64,000 nt of DNA, taken from positions 1 through 64,000 of the forward strand of contig NW_021836292.1 of the NCBI RefSeq assembly GCF_006345805.1. The letters are read 5' to 3'. The notes under the pieces were generated by a model. The model saw only the letters and a list, made by a program, of their open reading frames with translations. It was not told the DNA's origin and did no database searches. This DNA comes from Octopus sinensis. Taxonomy: Eukaryota. A program made the position numbers and the translations under genes. Positions 40,024 to 53,016 of this stretch are shown piece by piece (the first letter of the stretch is position 1; each line of letters starts with the position of its first letter).

Positions 40024-41545
40024 ACGCCGTTGTTATATTCATTGTGACAGACATTCATGAACAAACCGATATAGTGATACATTTAAAGAATATTTGGAAA
40101 ATAATTTCGTTCTTTTAATTCAGTGGTAATAGAAAAAGTTGTTGCCACACTTTATTCGGATATAAAAATAGAAATAGTAAACAGTTCATCATTCCTGTAT
40201 AGTAACATCAGTGTACGTGAAAACTAGCTAGGATTGCTTTTACCTACGCTCAGCTAGGCGAGCGAACCACCAATACAAAAGGTCTACTAAAATCCTTTCT
40301 GAGACAAAATTTTAACTTTTTGATCCAAAAAGTGACGCATTAAATAAGGAAATCATAATTAAGACTGACTGATCAATAACTGGTACTCTTTAGTAGAGCA
40401 ATATGTAGTATAAAAAAAACACATCCATCCCCCAAAATAGAACAGCCAGTATATGAATAATGTATACACCAAACACAAGTCAACGACTGGACTTTTATTT
40501 GGTTGTATCTGCTAGAAATAGCAGGCGAATCTCTCTCAAATCATATTTCACAGTTTTAAAAACTACATTTAGGGTCATAGACACAGTATGCCTCACAAAT
40601 GAAAATGATGATATGGCCACAAACGGGATGTCTTTCGGTAATACGTCTGTATGCTCAGAGACAATAAGAATAAAAGCACAAATCATTCATATCCTATACT
40701 AAATGAACTAGATGCATCATTCTAGTACTAGAAATTGTTGAATAAGTTGCTAAAACATTGCATCATCTATTGCAGCTACCCACAAACTAAAAGTGAGAAT
40801 ATTCAAATAAGTCAAAAACGGTTCTCGTCATTGTGAAAGTTGAAAGCTGCAACCCTCAGAATGTATTACACAAGGACAATACTTTCTCGTCTGTTGACCA
40901 TGCATTTACTAGAAAGAGCTATTAGACGACACATAAAAAGAAGAGAATGGAGAATAAAACTATATAGAAAACTATTAATTGATAATTATGTCATCTTATA
41001 CAGCATTCTATACAAACACACACACGCAAATTATATTAGCAAGAGACGTTTTTAATAGCAAAATACAAATCAGAAATCAGCGCAGAGATGTAGCACCCGT
41101 AGAATAAACTATAAAAGTTGAAGTTAATCGGAGAACAAATTTAAAATAGTGATAAAGGTTTTTTATGTTACATCATTGGTTTTTATGTTACATCATTCAT
41201 GTGATCTCTTGCTGTTTATTATAAAAACAAAATGAGACGAGAATGGCGCCCCAATAAACATTTTATTCGGAACGTGGAAGGTGTAGAAACATTAATGGAC
41301 ATAGGAAAGTTATTGTTCCAAACGAAACAAAAAAACTAATAACGAAATACGAAAAATTATAACTAAATGCAATAAAACTAGAAGTCAGCCATGTCACCAG
41401 TATGATATATATATATATACACGTGTGTGTGTAGACCTATAGAACTGTATATGTATAATATATGTAAGTGTACATGTATGTATCTTGAATATAAAATCAA
41501 GAGGAAAAATACACTTTAAAACGAAGACGTGTCAATATTTATTAT

Positions 41546-41780
41546 GGCAGCGAGTTGGCGGAAACGTTAGCACGCCGGGCGAAATGCTTAGCGATATTTC
41601 GTCTGCCGCTACGTATTGAGTTCAAATTCCGCCGAGGTCGACTTTGCCTTTTATCCTTTCGGGGTCGATAAATTAAGTACCAGTTACGCACTGGGGTCGA
41701 TGTAATCGACTTAATCCGTTTGTCTGTCCTTGTTTGTCCCCTCTGTGTTTTGCCCCTTGTGGGTAGTAAAGAAATAGGTA
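41546..41780 (+). mobile_element. Family B SINE, well preserved
   Basis: GGCAGCGAGTTGGCGGAAACGTTAGCACGCCGGGCG..GAGTTCAAATTCCGCC..GTAAAGAAATAG. Confidence 0.9.
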
Positions 41781-42101
41781 AAAGTTTCGGGATGTGAGTT
41801 CAAATCGTTTGGGCCCCACTAAATGTTTTCTTCATAGAGTATATTTGGATCAATATATGTATATGTGCAGCCACACATATACATATAAAGGCATATACTA
41901 TGTTAGCCATTTCAATTTATATTATTTTTAGTGTCACGATTGCTTGAGGAGTGGACAATGTACCTAACATTAAACAGTACATTTTCATTTCTATATTATC
42001 TCTCTCTCTCTCACACACACACACACTTTCTACTCTTCCTCTCTGTTCACACAAACACGCACACATGCATATATATATATATACCACACACACACACACA
42101 C

Positions 42102-42142
<41 letters not shown>

Positions 42143-42143
<1 letters not shown>

Positions 42144-42295
42144 AGTGCAGGAGTGGCTGTGTGGTAAGTATCACATGGTTCCGGATTCAATCCCACTGCG
42201 TGGAACCTTAGGCAAGTGTCTTCTGGTATAGTCTCGGGCCGACCAAAGCCTTGTGAGTGGATTTGGTAGATGAAAACTGAAAGAAGCTCGTCGTA

Positions 42296-42337
<42 letters not shown>

Positions 42338-42561
42338 GTGTGTGTGTGTGTGTGTGTATGTCTGTGTACGTTCCCCCAACATCGCTTGACAACTGATGCT
42401 GGTGTATTTACGTCCCCGTAACTTAGCTGTTGGGCAAAAGAGACCGATAGAATATGTACTAGGCTTACAAAGAATAAGTCCTGGACTGGATTTGCTCGAC
42501 TAAAGGCGGTGCTACCAGCATAGCCGCAGTCAAATGACTGAAACAAGAAAAAGAGTAAAAA
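42143..42561 (+). mobile_element. Family A SINE
   Basis: Full-length copy with a short deletion in the head. Confidence 0.9.
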
Positions 42562-43624
42562 CACAGCCACACTGTAGGTTAAATTACAATGTAAACACAT
42601 TCTTTCTATGTTAGTAATGTTCGGGCGTACCATATTTTTTTTTCCAAGACCAGATGCTTTTGGGCCAGTCATAAATAAAAGCTAGCACTATGATCTATAA
42701 CCTAATTTGCTTATTTCTGCTCTCTGAGGTCTAGTTATTGATTAGGTAATATCTGTTTATACACAACATCGCCTTGTAAGAAGGGGCAACATGGAAGCTG
42801 AATAAGATTTCGAAATTTCCTAGAGGGAGAGCGTATTTGTGTCTTTTTATCCTCATGTATCTAACAATTCTTGGGAGATCCCTATATATGAGTGTAAAAG
42901 TATACACAGTAGAAAAGCATTCTGAATTAACATGAATAATCTACGAGTAGAGATAAGGAAGAAATTTTTAAGCATATTTTTATTCAAAATTTTGGAGGTA
43001 AATGTTACATTACAACTTAGAATTTAAATATATTAAACATTACAAATTAAAATGGGGAGAACAGGGGTGGTTCGTAGAGAAAGCTGAAAGAACAAAGAAA
43101 ACACTGATTTTAATAGAAAATACCGTACACATATTTTAGTGAATTTAAAAGTTATATGTGAAGTTTATTTTAATGGACATTTAGAGTTATAATATGAAAA
43201 ACGTAAAATGTTTTCTGTGAAATGTATTTTTGTAAAATATAGTTTTCTAGAAGTATTATATTCGTTGGAAATTCATATGTATTAGTCCAATATCCAATAA
43301 TTTCATTCTATATGTAATTATAGCTGATTCAAAACGTAACGCTCACCTGTTGAAATTGTGAGATTAGCTCCGGCTTCTTAGTAGTGTAAAATCCTTTGTT
43401 AAAACGCTAGATATGGCACCTGATTGACAGACATAAAGACTACAAGATAGATATGTTATTAAGAGAGATAGATATATTCACCGGCAAATACAAGCAGATT
43501 GATAGGCAGCTAAACTTATAAATATGTGTGTGTGTATGTGTGTGTTACACACATATATATACATGTACAAATATATATCCATTTATATGTATATACATAT
43601 ATATATATACACACACAAACACAC

Positions 43625-43712
<88 letters not shown>

Positions 43713-43742
43713 AGAAATTCCTTGATACAGTTATAATATTTG

Positions 43743-44106
43743 GAGAGATTTTTTCTCAAGGCGTTAAGATTGAGAAAAGAACATTTTTAGAAAGTCGAAA
43801 GACATTAACCTTTGGGGAGAGATTTCACAAAATAAATTAAGAGAACGACCTTCTCCGGAAGGCAAAAGAAGAATATTTCATAAGATTTCTGAATCCGAAA
43901 CTAAACTGGAAATAGTCAACAACAATTATACTGAAAACAACTTTCACTATATATAACACGTGCTTGAAAACGTTAAGAACTGAAAGCGCTTGCACATCTA
44001 CAAAAGCAAAGCCCACGCACATTTTGTGAAATCTCTTCCCAAAGGTTAGTGTCTTTCGACTTTCTAAAACGGTTCTTTTCTCAATCTTTGAAAATAATTT
44101 TCTCTC
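43743..44106 (+). mobile_element. Severely truncated PLE with inverted pLTR fragment
   Basis: Inverted arms 43766-43833 and 44021-44088; 43841-43915 encodes ENDLLRKAKEEYFIRFLNPKLNWK*, a GIY-YIG C-terminal signature; HHR-like motif at 43960-43995. Confidence 0.75.
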
Positions 44107-44138
44107 GAAACATACATATGTATATGTATACGTATATG

Positions 44139-44191
<53 letters not shown>

Positions 44192-44242
44192 CATATACGT
44201 ATACATATACATATATATATATACATATACATGCATATATAT

Positions 44243-44317
<75 letters not shown>

Positions 44318-44319
44318 AA

Positions 44320-44947
44320 TAATTGATATAGGATAAAAAAATTTTCGGGAAAAAATTTTATCAATGGCCAGCATATCAAAAAATGCCTTTAGAGGTAAAA
44401 TTTATACATAATTTACAAGATAAGGGCAGAACAAAAATTCTAATGCCAGATACGCCGAAACAAAAAATTGTCGATAATCATTAAATTTATGCGTCTCGAA
44501 ACAAACCGATAGAAATCTCTAAAAAAATTCGTTATTACCGTATTGCTCCAATTTCGGGGTTAATTCGCAAGAAATGTTCCCCTCTTCAGCGGCACATACG
44601 CGAGATATAAATGAAATACTTATTCATACCCATGGAAGAAGCAAGCACCAAGTCCCGAGCAGACTTAAGTACCCCAAATATATCCAAAATAGAAAAATCT
44701 TCGGCGCACCTCGAGACACGTGTGATTCGAACTAGAAACTTTCACAGAGTGATAGAATCCGTAAGTGAACACTATTCTATTTATAATTGATATAGGATAA
44801 ACATTTTTTCGGGACGGTAATAACGAATTTTTTAGAGATTTCTATCGGTTTGTTTCGAGACGCATAAATTTAATGGTTATCGACATTTTTTTTGTTTCGA
44901 CGTATCTGGCATTAGAACTTTTCTTCTGCCCTTATCTTGTAAATTAT
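44320..44947 (-). mobile_element. Non-coding retrozyme/pLTR-like element: 464-nt unit plus an inverted partial copy
   Basis: 31-bp direct repeat at 44320-50 and 44784-814; inverted arms 44408-44541 and 44814-44947 (about 95% by eye); HHR inside. Confidence 0.85.
44536..44594 (-). ncRNA. Type I hammerhead ribozyme, intact core
   Basis: UGCCG/CGGUA stem I, CUGAAGA, GGGG/CCCC stem II, GAAA, stem III AUUG/CAAU with a GAG loop, AUA triplet (cut between 44541 and 44540). Confidence 0.9.
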
Positions 44948-44956
44948 TTATATATA

Positions 44957-45469
44957 TCTATATATATAAAACTGTAGTTGTGTGAGTGTCTGTCCCCTTC
45001 GATTTAGATTCCTAACTACTCCCACATTTTGCGGTGCAGTTTAACCAAATTCGGGTATCTTATAGTCGTGATTCATATCGAGCCTGTCTGAGTATTAGCG
45101 CGCGTCTACGATGAGTCTACGATTTTAAAAATAATTTAACATCATTTTTTATTCCATTTTAATGCATAATTTTTCGTGTGTCGATGGCGGCGGAGTTGGC
45201 GTCCATGGTCACACCTGCACCTGTTTGCTTCTCCCCCTTCTTCCCTCCCTCGTGAAGCTGTGGGGAAGGGAGTGTAAGGAAATCAACGTCGTAAAGCGTT
45301 GTCAAGGAGACCAGCGTTCTTTTAGAACAACGACTTCATGGCTTGAATTCGCCAAAACAGAAATGGCTAAGAAAGCCCGAATTGGCATCTATAAGGGAAG
45401 TAACTCTCTAAAAATGCTTATATAGTTATTTCCCTTACAAACCCGAGCAACGCCGGGCGATACTGCTAG
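44957..45469 (+). mobile_element. Non-autonomous Helitron
   Basis: A|TCTATATATATAAAA start; CCCG-AGCAACGC-CGGG hairpin (45442-57); CTAG|T end. Confidence 0.85.
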
Positions 45470-45470
45470 T

Positions 45471-45533
<63 letters not shown>

Positions 45534-45574
45534 TATGAATATACATATATATACATACAGATATATATATATAC

Positions 45575-45639
<65 letters not shown>

Positions 45640-45661
45640 TGTATGTATGTATATGTATATA

Positions 45662-45700
45662 CTAGCAATGCATCCCGGCATGGGTCATGTGTTATGACCT
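45662..45700 (-). mobile_element. Helitron-like 3' terminus (5' end not located)
   Basis: CTAG|T at 45665-62 with degenerate hairpins, similar to 22075-22104. Confidence 0.4.
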
Positions 45701-47623
45701 ACACGCATATTGTATTATTTGCTCCTTTTCAAAATTTTTATTTCTCTCTATCCCCACTGCAATTTCTTAATTTGTAACTTTTCAATTTTTTTTTTTAATT
45801 TTGTTATCTACGTAGAAAAATACAGAGATTACGAATCTGAGCAGTATATATTATAGTTTAATTTTTCTTAAATAAAAACTCATACCCCTTCCCTCACCTC
45901 GCCCACCCATCACCTACCAGCTTTCAAAAAGCTAAAATCTCCTAATCTTTCACTTTCATCTTATGCTTCCCACATGCGTAGAATTCTACTGAAATAGTAG
46001 ACTTAAAAAATACCAGACCACCACCAGAAAACCCGACATGCTAGAAACAACAGGTAAACGACATTATTTCTGAAGAAACTTACCTGCTTTCCAAAAAGCT
46101 AAATGTGAAACATTGTGAGTGTGTAGCTTTTTGAAAGTGGTGAGGTGAGGGTAAAATTCTTAAAGAATCCTCTGTTTTTCTCCGTGGGTTACTAAGAAAA
46201 AATTGAAAAAAGTAAAAGGTTAACTTGGTGTGGAGAGGGAGAAAATTAAAATATTGAGTACGTGTTCTGTGGGGGAAATCTCCTGTATCGCAAACATAGG
46301 AATCGGAAGAAATTTAGGAAAATAAAGTAAGTGGTGGGACGGAAATGTCACTTCGGACATGCCAGAAAGAAGACATAAAGGACAGGATTTCTGGGAAAAC
46401 TTCCTTTTAAGTTTATATCGAAGATCAGGTTTTTAAATACGCTCATCACAAACACAAATTACACAATAGAAAAAGATCATTTCAGTGGAGTTGGAGGCGT
46501 AAATTTGCACGTGCAGACTGCAAGAATTAACATAATTCGCACAGACCTTTTACCTAGAGTGTGTGTATGCATGTGTGTTTCAAAGGAAGTTATTTTATGG
46601 CATTCTTTCATTTGAAGCAGCAAAGTTGTCAACTTGACATATATTGAATCATATCATTGTTAATTTCTGTAAAATTGTTTTAATTTCTGTATGCTTTGAA
46701 GAAAGAAGAAATTGAAAGAGAGAATAAAGTGAAAAGGTGACATTTGCTTTGAAATGAGAGGAGTAAGTAGCAGAATGGAGAAAGTGTAAGATGTACGTGT
46801 ATATGAACTGGACGTGTGAGAGAGAGAGAGAGGGAGAGAGAGAGAGAGAGAGAGAGTGAAGGTATGTGTTGTGATGTATGAAATTTTTGCATGTATGTGC
46901 AGGTGGCACTCACCCGCTCTCTCTCTCTCTCTCTCTCTCTCTCGTTCTCTCACACTCTCTCTCTCTCTCTCTCTCTCTCCCACACACACACACATTATCT
47001 TTCATATATACGCACACATATATAGGCAGAGGTAAAGAATACGCACACCACCCGTTTTCGGTGTAACCGTAACCCTAAGCATCGGAAATGCGTATTCTTG
47101 ACCTTCGCCCATAAATATATATACATACATCTTTTTGTGCGTGAGAGATAGACAGTGATAGAGAGAGAAAGAGGCTGTATTTCCTCATAACATATAGAAA
47201 AATGGATGTTTTTTAATGCAATTTTTTGGTTGTGGCTTATTTTATGTGTACATTTTCCTAAATGTTGTCTGAGTAGAATCCTAAGCATATGTGAAACATC
47301 GGACGAAAGTAATATATTAGAAACAAATCAAAATATTGTCCGAAAATGACCTCAAAGTTGTGCGGCCTAACCTAGTTGCCGAAGTTATTTTAGTTGTAAA
47401 AGAGTTGTTGAGACAGATAATAAGCAGCTTTCTTTATTATAATACACATGTGACTAACTCGCAGAAACATTACTTTCATTATTCACACATTGTCACTCTC
47501 GTAATGCAACACTTTGTAATTTTGGTTCAATTGTAATGAAACCTGGTCGTTGTAGAGAAATAACTATAGCTGGTTATTGAGATAAGGTAGAAAATATGCA
47601 AATGAAAATGAAGTTTATTTGAC

Positions 47624-48052
47624 AGGCGCAGGAGTGGCTGTGTGGTAAGTAGCTTGTTTACCAACCACATCGTTCCGGGTTCAGTCCCACTGCGTGGCAC
47701 CTTGGGCAAGTGTCTTCTGCTATAGCCTCGGACCGACCAAAGCCTTGTGAGTGGATTTGGTAGACGGAAACTGAAAGAAGCCCGTCGTATATATGTATAT
47801 ATATATGTATATGTGTGCATGTATGTTTGTGTGTCTGTGTTTGTCCCCCTAGCATTGTTTGACAACCGATGCTGGTGTGTTTATGTCCCCTTCACTTGGC
47901 GGTTCGGCAAAAGAGACCGATAGAATAAGTACTGGGCTTACAAAGAATAAGTCCCGGAGTCGAGTAGCTCGACTAAAGGTGGTGCTCCAGCATGGCCGCA
48001 GTCAAATGACTGAAACAAGTAAAAGAGTAAAAGAGTAAAAGAGTAAAAGAGT
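47624..48052 (+). mobile_element. Family A SINE, best-preserved copy
   Basis: GGCGCAGGAGTGGCTGTGTGGTAAG head, GGTTCAGTCCC B-box-like motif, (AAAAGAGT)n tail. Confidence 0.93.
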
Positions 48053-48079
48053 ATGTGTAATTGATTTGATTATTCTGGG

Positions 48080-48290
48080 AGCCGGCGAACTGGCAGAATC
48101 CTTAGTATGCCGGGCAAAATCTTTGAGCGTTATTTCGCCTGTCTGAAATTTATCAACGGCCAGCATATCAACTTTGCCTTTCATCCTTTCGGGGTCGATA
48201 AATTAAGTACCAGTAAAACACACTGGGATCGATGTAATCGACTGGTCCCCTTCACCGAAATTTCAGGCCTTGTGCCTATAGTAGAAAGGA
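48080..48290 (+). mobile_element. Family B SINE with an internal deletion
   Basis: GGCGAACTGGCAGAATC..CTTTCATCCTTTCGGGGTCGATAAATTAAGTACC. Confidence 0.8.
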
Positions 48291-49786
48291 TTTGTTCTGG
48301 TCTTAACATCAGTTGGTAAGAATAGAAGTCATTTGAAGACACCCTTTTGTTTGTAATTTGCTATCCTGTTGCAGGTTCAATCCGAGGAATATTGAAATAA
48401 TACCCATCTTGTCCAATCCACAGAATAAGATTATACTGGAGAACATCATAAGAGGGATGAGCCTGTGAAACACGTTTAAGCTTGTTATCTTGAACACGAA
48501 TGAGAATATCGTGATTTTCAATAGGATCATTTGCCATAAGGATGGCTACTTCATTAGATGTGGGGTCATTAAAACAGCGTAAAGTGGTCTTTATTATAGT
48601 TTACTATAGGCGTAACGAACACAGAAGCGCACATACACACTCATAGAATTGATAATATTGAAAACAGCAAAGCGTACATACGAAGTTCAAGCGAAACAAA
48701 ATGTAGTTAATATAGGTGCAAAGCATACTTTCTGTAGCATAGATATGCCGTAAAAAAATGGGAAGTCACCAATTTAGCAAAAGTTAGTATGCGTCACCAA
48801 TGTAAGAAAGTACAGAAAGTCAACATTTATTTGGAACATATACTAAATGTTATAAAATTCATGACTGAATGAATGTCACGGCGAAGAAAGTGAAAGTTCA
48901 TGAAAATTCTGAAGGCATAATTCAATTTTCCATACAAAAATAATTTATTTTACAATTTTAAAACAAACACTGAACCAAGAGTTTAAAAAAATGAAGATGC
49001 TGTGTAACATTATAGGCTGTAGAACAAATACTAAGTAACGCAGTAAAAAGGTTGTGCGACGTTGATACTCACAGTGATGAAGAATGCATGGACTGTTAAA
49101 AAAAAAATTATCTTGAAACTGATTAGAAGGAGTGGAATAACATTTCTATAATTATATTGAAAGAGCCGCTGTGGCTTTCCACTTCGCCAAGTTTCCGAAT
49201 TTGTTATAATAACCAGAGTAATATTTTGTTTTCAGATATATTTGCGAGTATTGTGAGTGGTGTTAAATCAGCCAAATCTTCATGTTGGTAGTACTTGAAA
49301 GTGAACGTTCAATATCGGCACGTTTCACTGTTGGGGTGGGAGGAAGTTACATACATAAACTAAGAGACACACACACGTACATTAACGCACACCTGAAGCC
49401 TATCTCTCTTCTTGTGTGTGTCTGTCTGTCTTTTGATGTATGAGTCAGTCGTCACAAAAATGCATGTATATTGACAGACACATACACCGTCACACACATA
49501 TACTTGTCAGTCATTGGCCTAACGTAAGTGACGAACGTGCGAACACCCTCATATAGAAAATGTGACGTCATCATCATTATGACGGTGATATGAAATGCTG
49601 TTTACGATAGGTAACTAAAAGAAATTTTTGTAATGAAAATATGTGAATGAAAATAAAGTTTAGTTGGTAGCCAAAAGTTTAATGAATCCTTTGATACTCC
49701 TTACGTCAAAATCGACAACTCGGTTTTGGAATGCATAAGGGACATACGCACACACACACACAATACAAACTCTCTTTTAGAGTTAT

Positions 49787-49836
<50 letters not shown>

Positions 49837-50061
49837 CAGAAAATAGATAATTTGAATACAGCCAAGTCAATTTACTTACATAGCTGTCGATTACCTAAGT
49901 CCTACGATCGTTTCAATATCCGCCTTCATTCATTTTTACAATTAACAATTACATTATGAATTCAGAAGACTGGGTCTAAATCGATATTGTACCTTTACAT
50001 CCTAATAGATTGAGAGTTCATTACAGATGAAGATAGCTGTATATATCGTACTAGCTACAGA

Positions 50062-50167
50062 AGTACATATTCTAAACTTGGAACGATACAGAAGTACATA
50101 TTCTAAAATTGGAAGATTAGCATGGCTCCTGCGCAAGGATGACACGCAAATTCGTGAATCATTCTAT
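50062..50167 (+). pseudogene. U6: U6 snRNA pseudogene, 5'-truncated, with an internal duplication
   Basis: ACATAT.CTAAA.TTGGAACGATACAGA and GATTAGCATGGCTCCTGCGCAAGGATGACACGCAAATTCGTGAA match U6; the ACAGAGA box is disrupted. Confidence 0.93.
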
Positions 50168-50174
50168 CTAAGAT

Positions 50175-50348
50175 AGGCGCAGGAATGGCTGCGTGGTAAG
50201 TAGCTTGCTTACCAACCATATAGTTCTGGGTTCAGTCCCACGGCGTGGCACCTTGGGCAAGGGTCTTTTACTATAGCCTCGAGCCGACCAAAGCTTTGCG
50301 ATTGGATTCGGTAGACGAAAACTAAAAGAAGCTTGTCATATATACATA

Positions 50349-50381
<33 letters not shown>

Positions 50382-50612
50382 GTGCGTGTGTGTGTATGTG
50401 TGTTCGTGTGTCTGTGTCTGTCCCCCACCATCTCTTGACAAACGATGGTGGTGTGTTTACGTGCCCGTAACTTAGCGGTTCGGCAAAAGAGACCGACAGA
50501 ATAAGTACTAAGCTTACAAGCAATAAGTCCTGGGGTCGATTTGTTCGACTAAAGGTGGTGTTCCTGCATGGCCGCAGTCAAATGACTGAAATAAATAAAA
50601 GAATAAAAGAAT
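50175..50612 (+). mobile_element. Family A SINE directly 3' of U6
   Basis: Full-length copy beginning 7 nt after the U6 end. Confidence 0.9.
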
Positions 50613-50617
50613 ATATT

Positions 50618-50674
<57 letters not shown>

Positions 50675-51786
50675 TTTACTATGTCCTATTTTTGCAAGTC
50701 GTAGTAGTAGTAGTATTTGCTATATCCTATTTTTGCACGTCGAAATGATATGGTATAGTTAGAGGGAGATTTAAATTTCATTTGCACAGGTGGTTAGAGA
50801 ACGGTAAAGGCTCCATGAAGCTCCCCCCTCCGATCCTATTAGTTTTCTTGGGTGATTCCTTTATGGCGGTGCCCTTTCAATTTATCTTAATTTGCTTTCT
50901 ATGACAACCCATTTATATTTCCGTCTCATTGTTTCTATTATCCGTTAATTTTTTTTCTTCAGATATTTCTATCACAATGAGCTGTCAGATTTATTGTTTC
51001 ACTTTATTGACTGTAAACCTAAATGTTTGGGACTTTATTGGTTGCTTGGTTATGTCAGCATGAATTTATTGATAAATGATAAAGTTCATATGTTGATGCT
51101 AAGGAAAATTTACAACCAACATAAAACATTCAGTTAACACATATTTCTGCCCAAGATGTCGTACAGATTCAGAATAATACATTCGAACACCGCACTATTA
51201 AAGAAACCTAACAGAAAATATAAATGATGGTTTCAGCAAGATAAAAAAAACCTTCACGAACAATGTAGTCATCGACATCAGTGAAGCTGTTGTCGACTCC
51301 ATTTTCCCACTATCCATGTATGCACTTAATACACAATACCTCGTTAAGAAACAATCTAAAGTGAGGCTTCACGATCGCCAAGCCTATGTAGTACACAGAA
51401 ACGCACACATTGCAGTTTCTGCTCATTCACCCTTTTCAAACCATGCCTTCATCACCTTTACAGCGCGTTTCATACACGGATGGCATCAAACTTGTCCTCT
51501 CACTAATCTCTAGCTACAATTATTCAACAACTAACTCTACGTCGATCAATATTGTTACAAAACAAGACTTAAAGTATCATCCACTAAATCCACTGTTTCC
51601 TCTCTAACTGATATAGCAGCCAAATATCCCTCAAATCACTCCGTATCGTTTTAAAATTGAAACGCATTATTCGATGTAGTCAAGAGTACACTGTTCTTCA
51701 TAAGAGCAAATGGGTTGTTATAGCCAGAATACATTAGATCGCCGCCTTCTTTCTTTCTAACAACACAAGAGAATAGACAGATAAAT

Positions 51787-51894
<108 letters not shown>

Positions 51895-52076
51895 AAAAAC
51901 AAATTTCGATGGAAAGTCCCGCAGGAAAGCCATAAGCATTTCATAGAGCCGTCATCTACAAACGCTATTGCGTTTCCCCTTGAAATTTGTTATCACTCCA
52001 GATTTATGTGTAGCGGTTTTGCGTGCGCAAGTGTACAGAAAATAGTGTGTATTAGAAAAACTAATATAGTGTTTAA

Positions 52077-52287
52077 CCCTTTAGCATTCAGATTACTCTG
52101 TCAAATGTAATGCATATCTATTCACATTGTTTTGCATTTATCATGCATTGTCTTGTAGCTCTGAGATTGTAATGATGTAATCGTTTGTTTTTAGACTGAC
52201 AGTGTAGAGTAGGTGTAAAGGGATGGATATGATCAGTTTGAAGATAAAACAGGTAGAATATTTGGGCCTGATATGGCCGGTTTAAAT
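52077..52287. mobile_element. Possible piggyBac-type MITE, right end missing
   Basis: TTAA|CCCTTTAGCA left terminus; no matching right TIR seen. Confidence 0.4.
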
Positions 52288-52646
52288 ACATTATCAAGTC
52301 TAGTGGAAAAATATCAGTTACAACTATGATGCTGTTGATGAAACATGTTCTTTGTCTATCTACTTATCCCCTTTGTGATTTTGGTTAATAGACTAACTAT
52401 ACAAATGAATCCTTTGAATTTAACTAAATTCTATATTTTTATGCAGCTGAAGATTACTCTACATTTTAAAACTGATGTAATATTTGCATTGTTCAATTAA
52501 ATGGAGTCGCATGAAACGATCGTACTGCATTACCTCTGGATATCCTTGTTGCTTATTTTGATTGTAATCACCTCATTTTGAATAATATGGATAATACCAT
52601 ACTAAATTCTGGTGCCTTTAACTTAAGTACCATATTCAACTGAATC

Positions 52647-52689
<43 letters not shown>

Positions 52690-52695
<6 letters not shown>

Positions 52696-52972
52696 ACCAC
52701 GTGACCGACCAGACCATCAGATGTTTTACACATCGCTGGTCACAATGCGTTCGCATTGTTTTAGCCTTCGAATGACACCACCCCGCTGGCTAAGCGAGCA
52801 GGCCAACAGAAGAGAGAGAAAGAGTGGTGAAAGAGTACAGCAGGGATCACCACCCCCTGCCGGAGCATCGTGGAGCTTTTAGGTGTTTTCGCTCAATAAA
52901 CACTCACAACGCCCGGTTTGGGAATCTTACGACCGCGAGTCCGCTGCCCTAACTACTAGGCCATTGCGCCTC

Positions 52973-52975
<3 letters not shown>
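52690..52975 (-). mobile_element. tRNA-derived SINE (family E)
   Basis: Minus-strand head GGAGGCGCAATGGCCTAGTAGTTAGGGCAGCGGACTCGCGG; B-box region partly deleted. Confidence 0.8.

Positions 52976-53016
<41 letters not shown>

Noticed and set aside
41158-41197. Short tandem duplications (also about 50660-50742, 63030-63110 and 18020-18260)
   Set aside because: Ordinary replication-slippage products with no additional structure.
47624-47700. tRNA genes at SINE heads
   Set aside because: A/B-box-like motifs continue into SINE bodies; no complete cloverleaf was seen.
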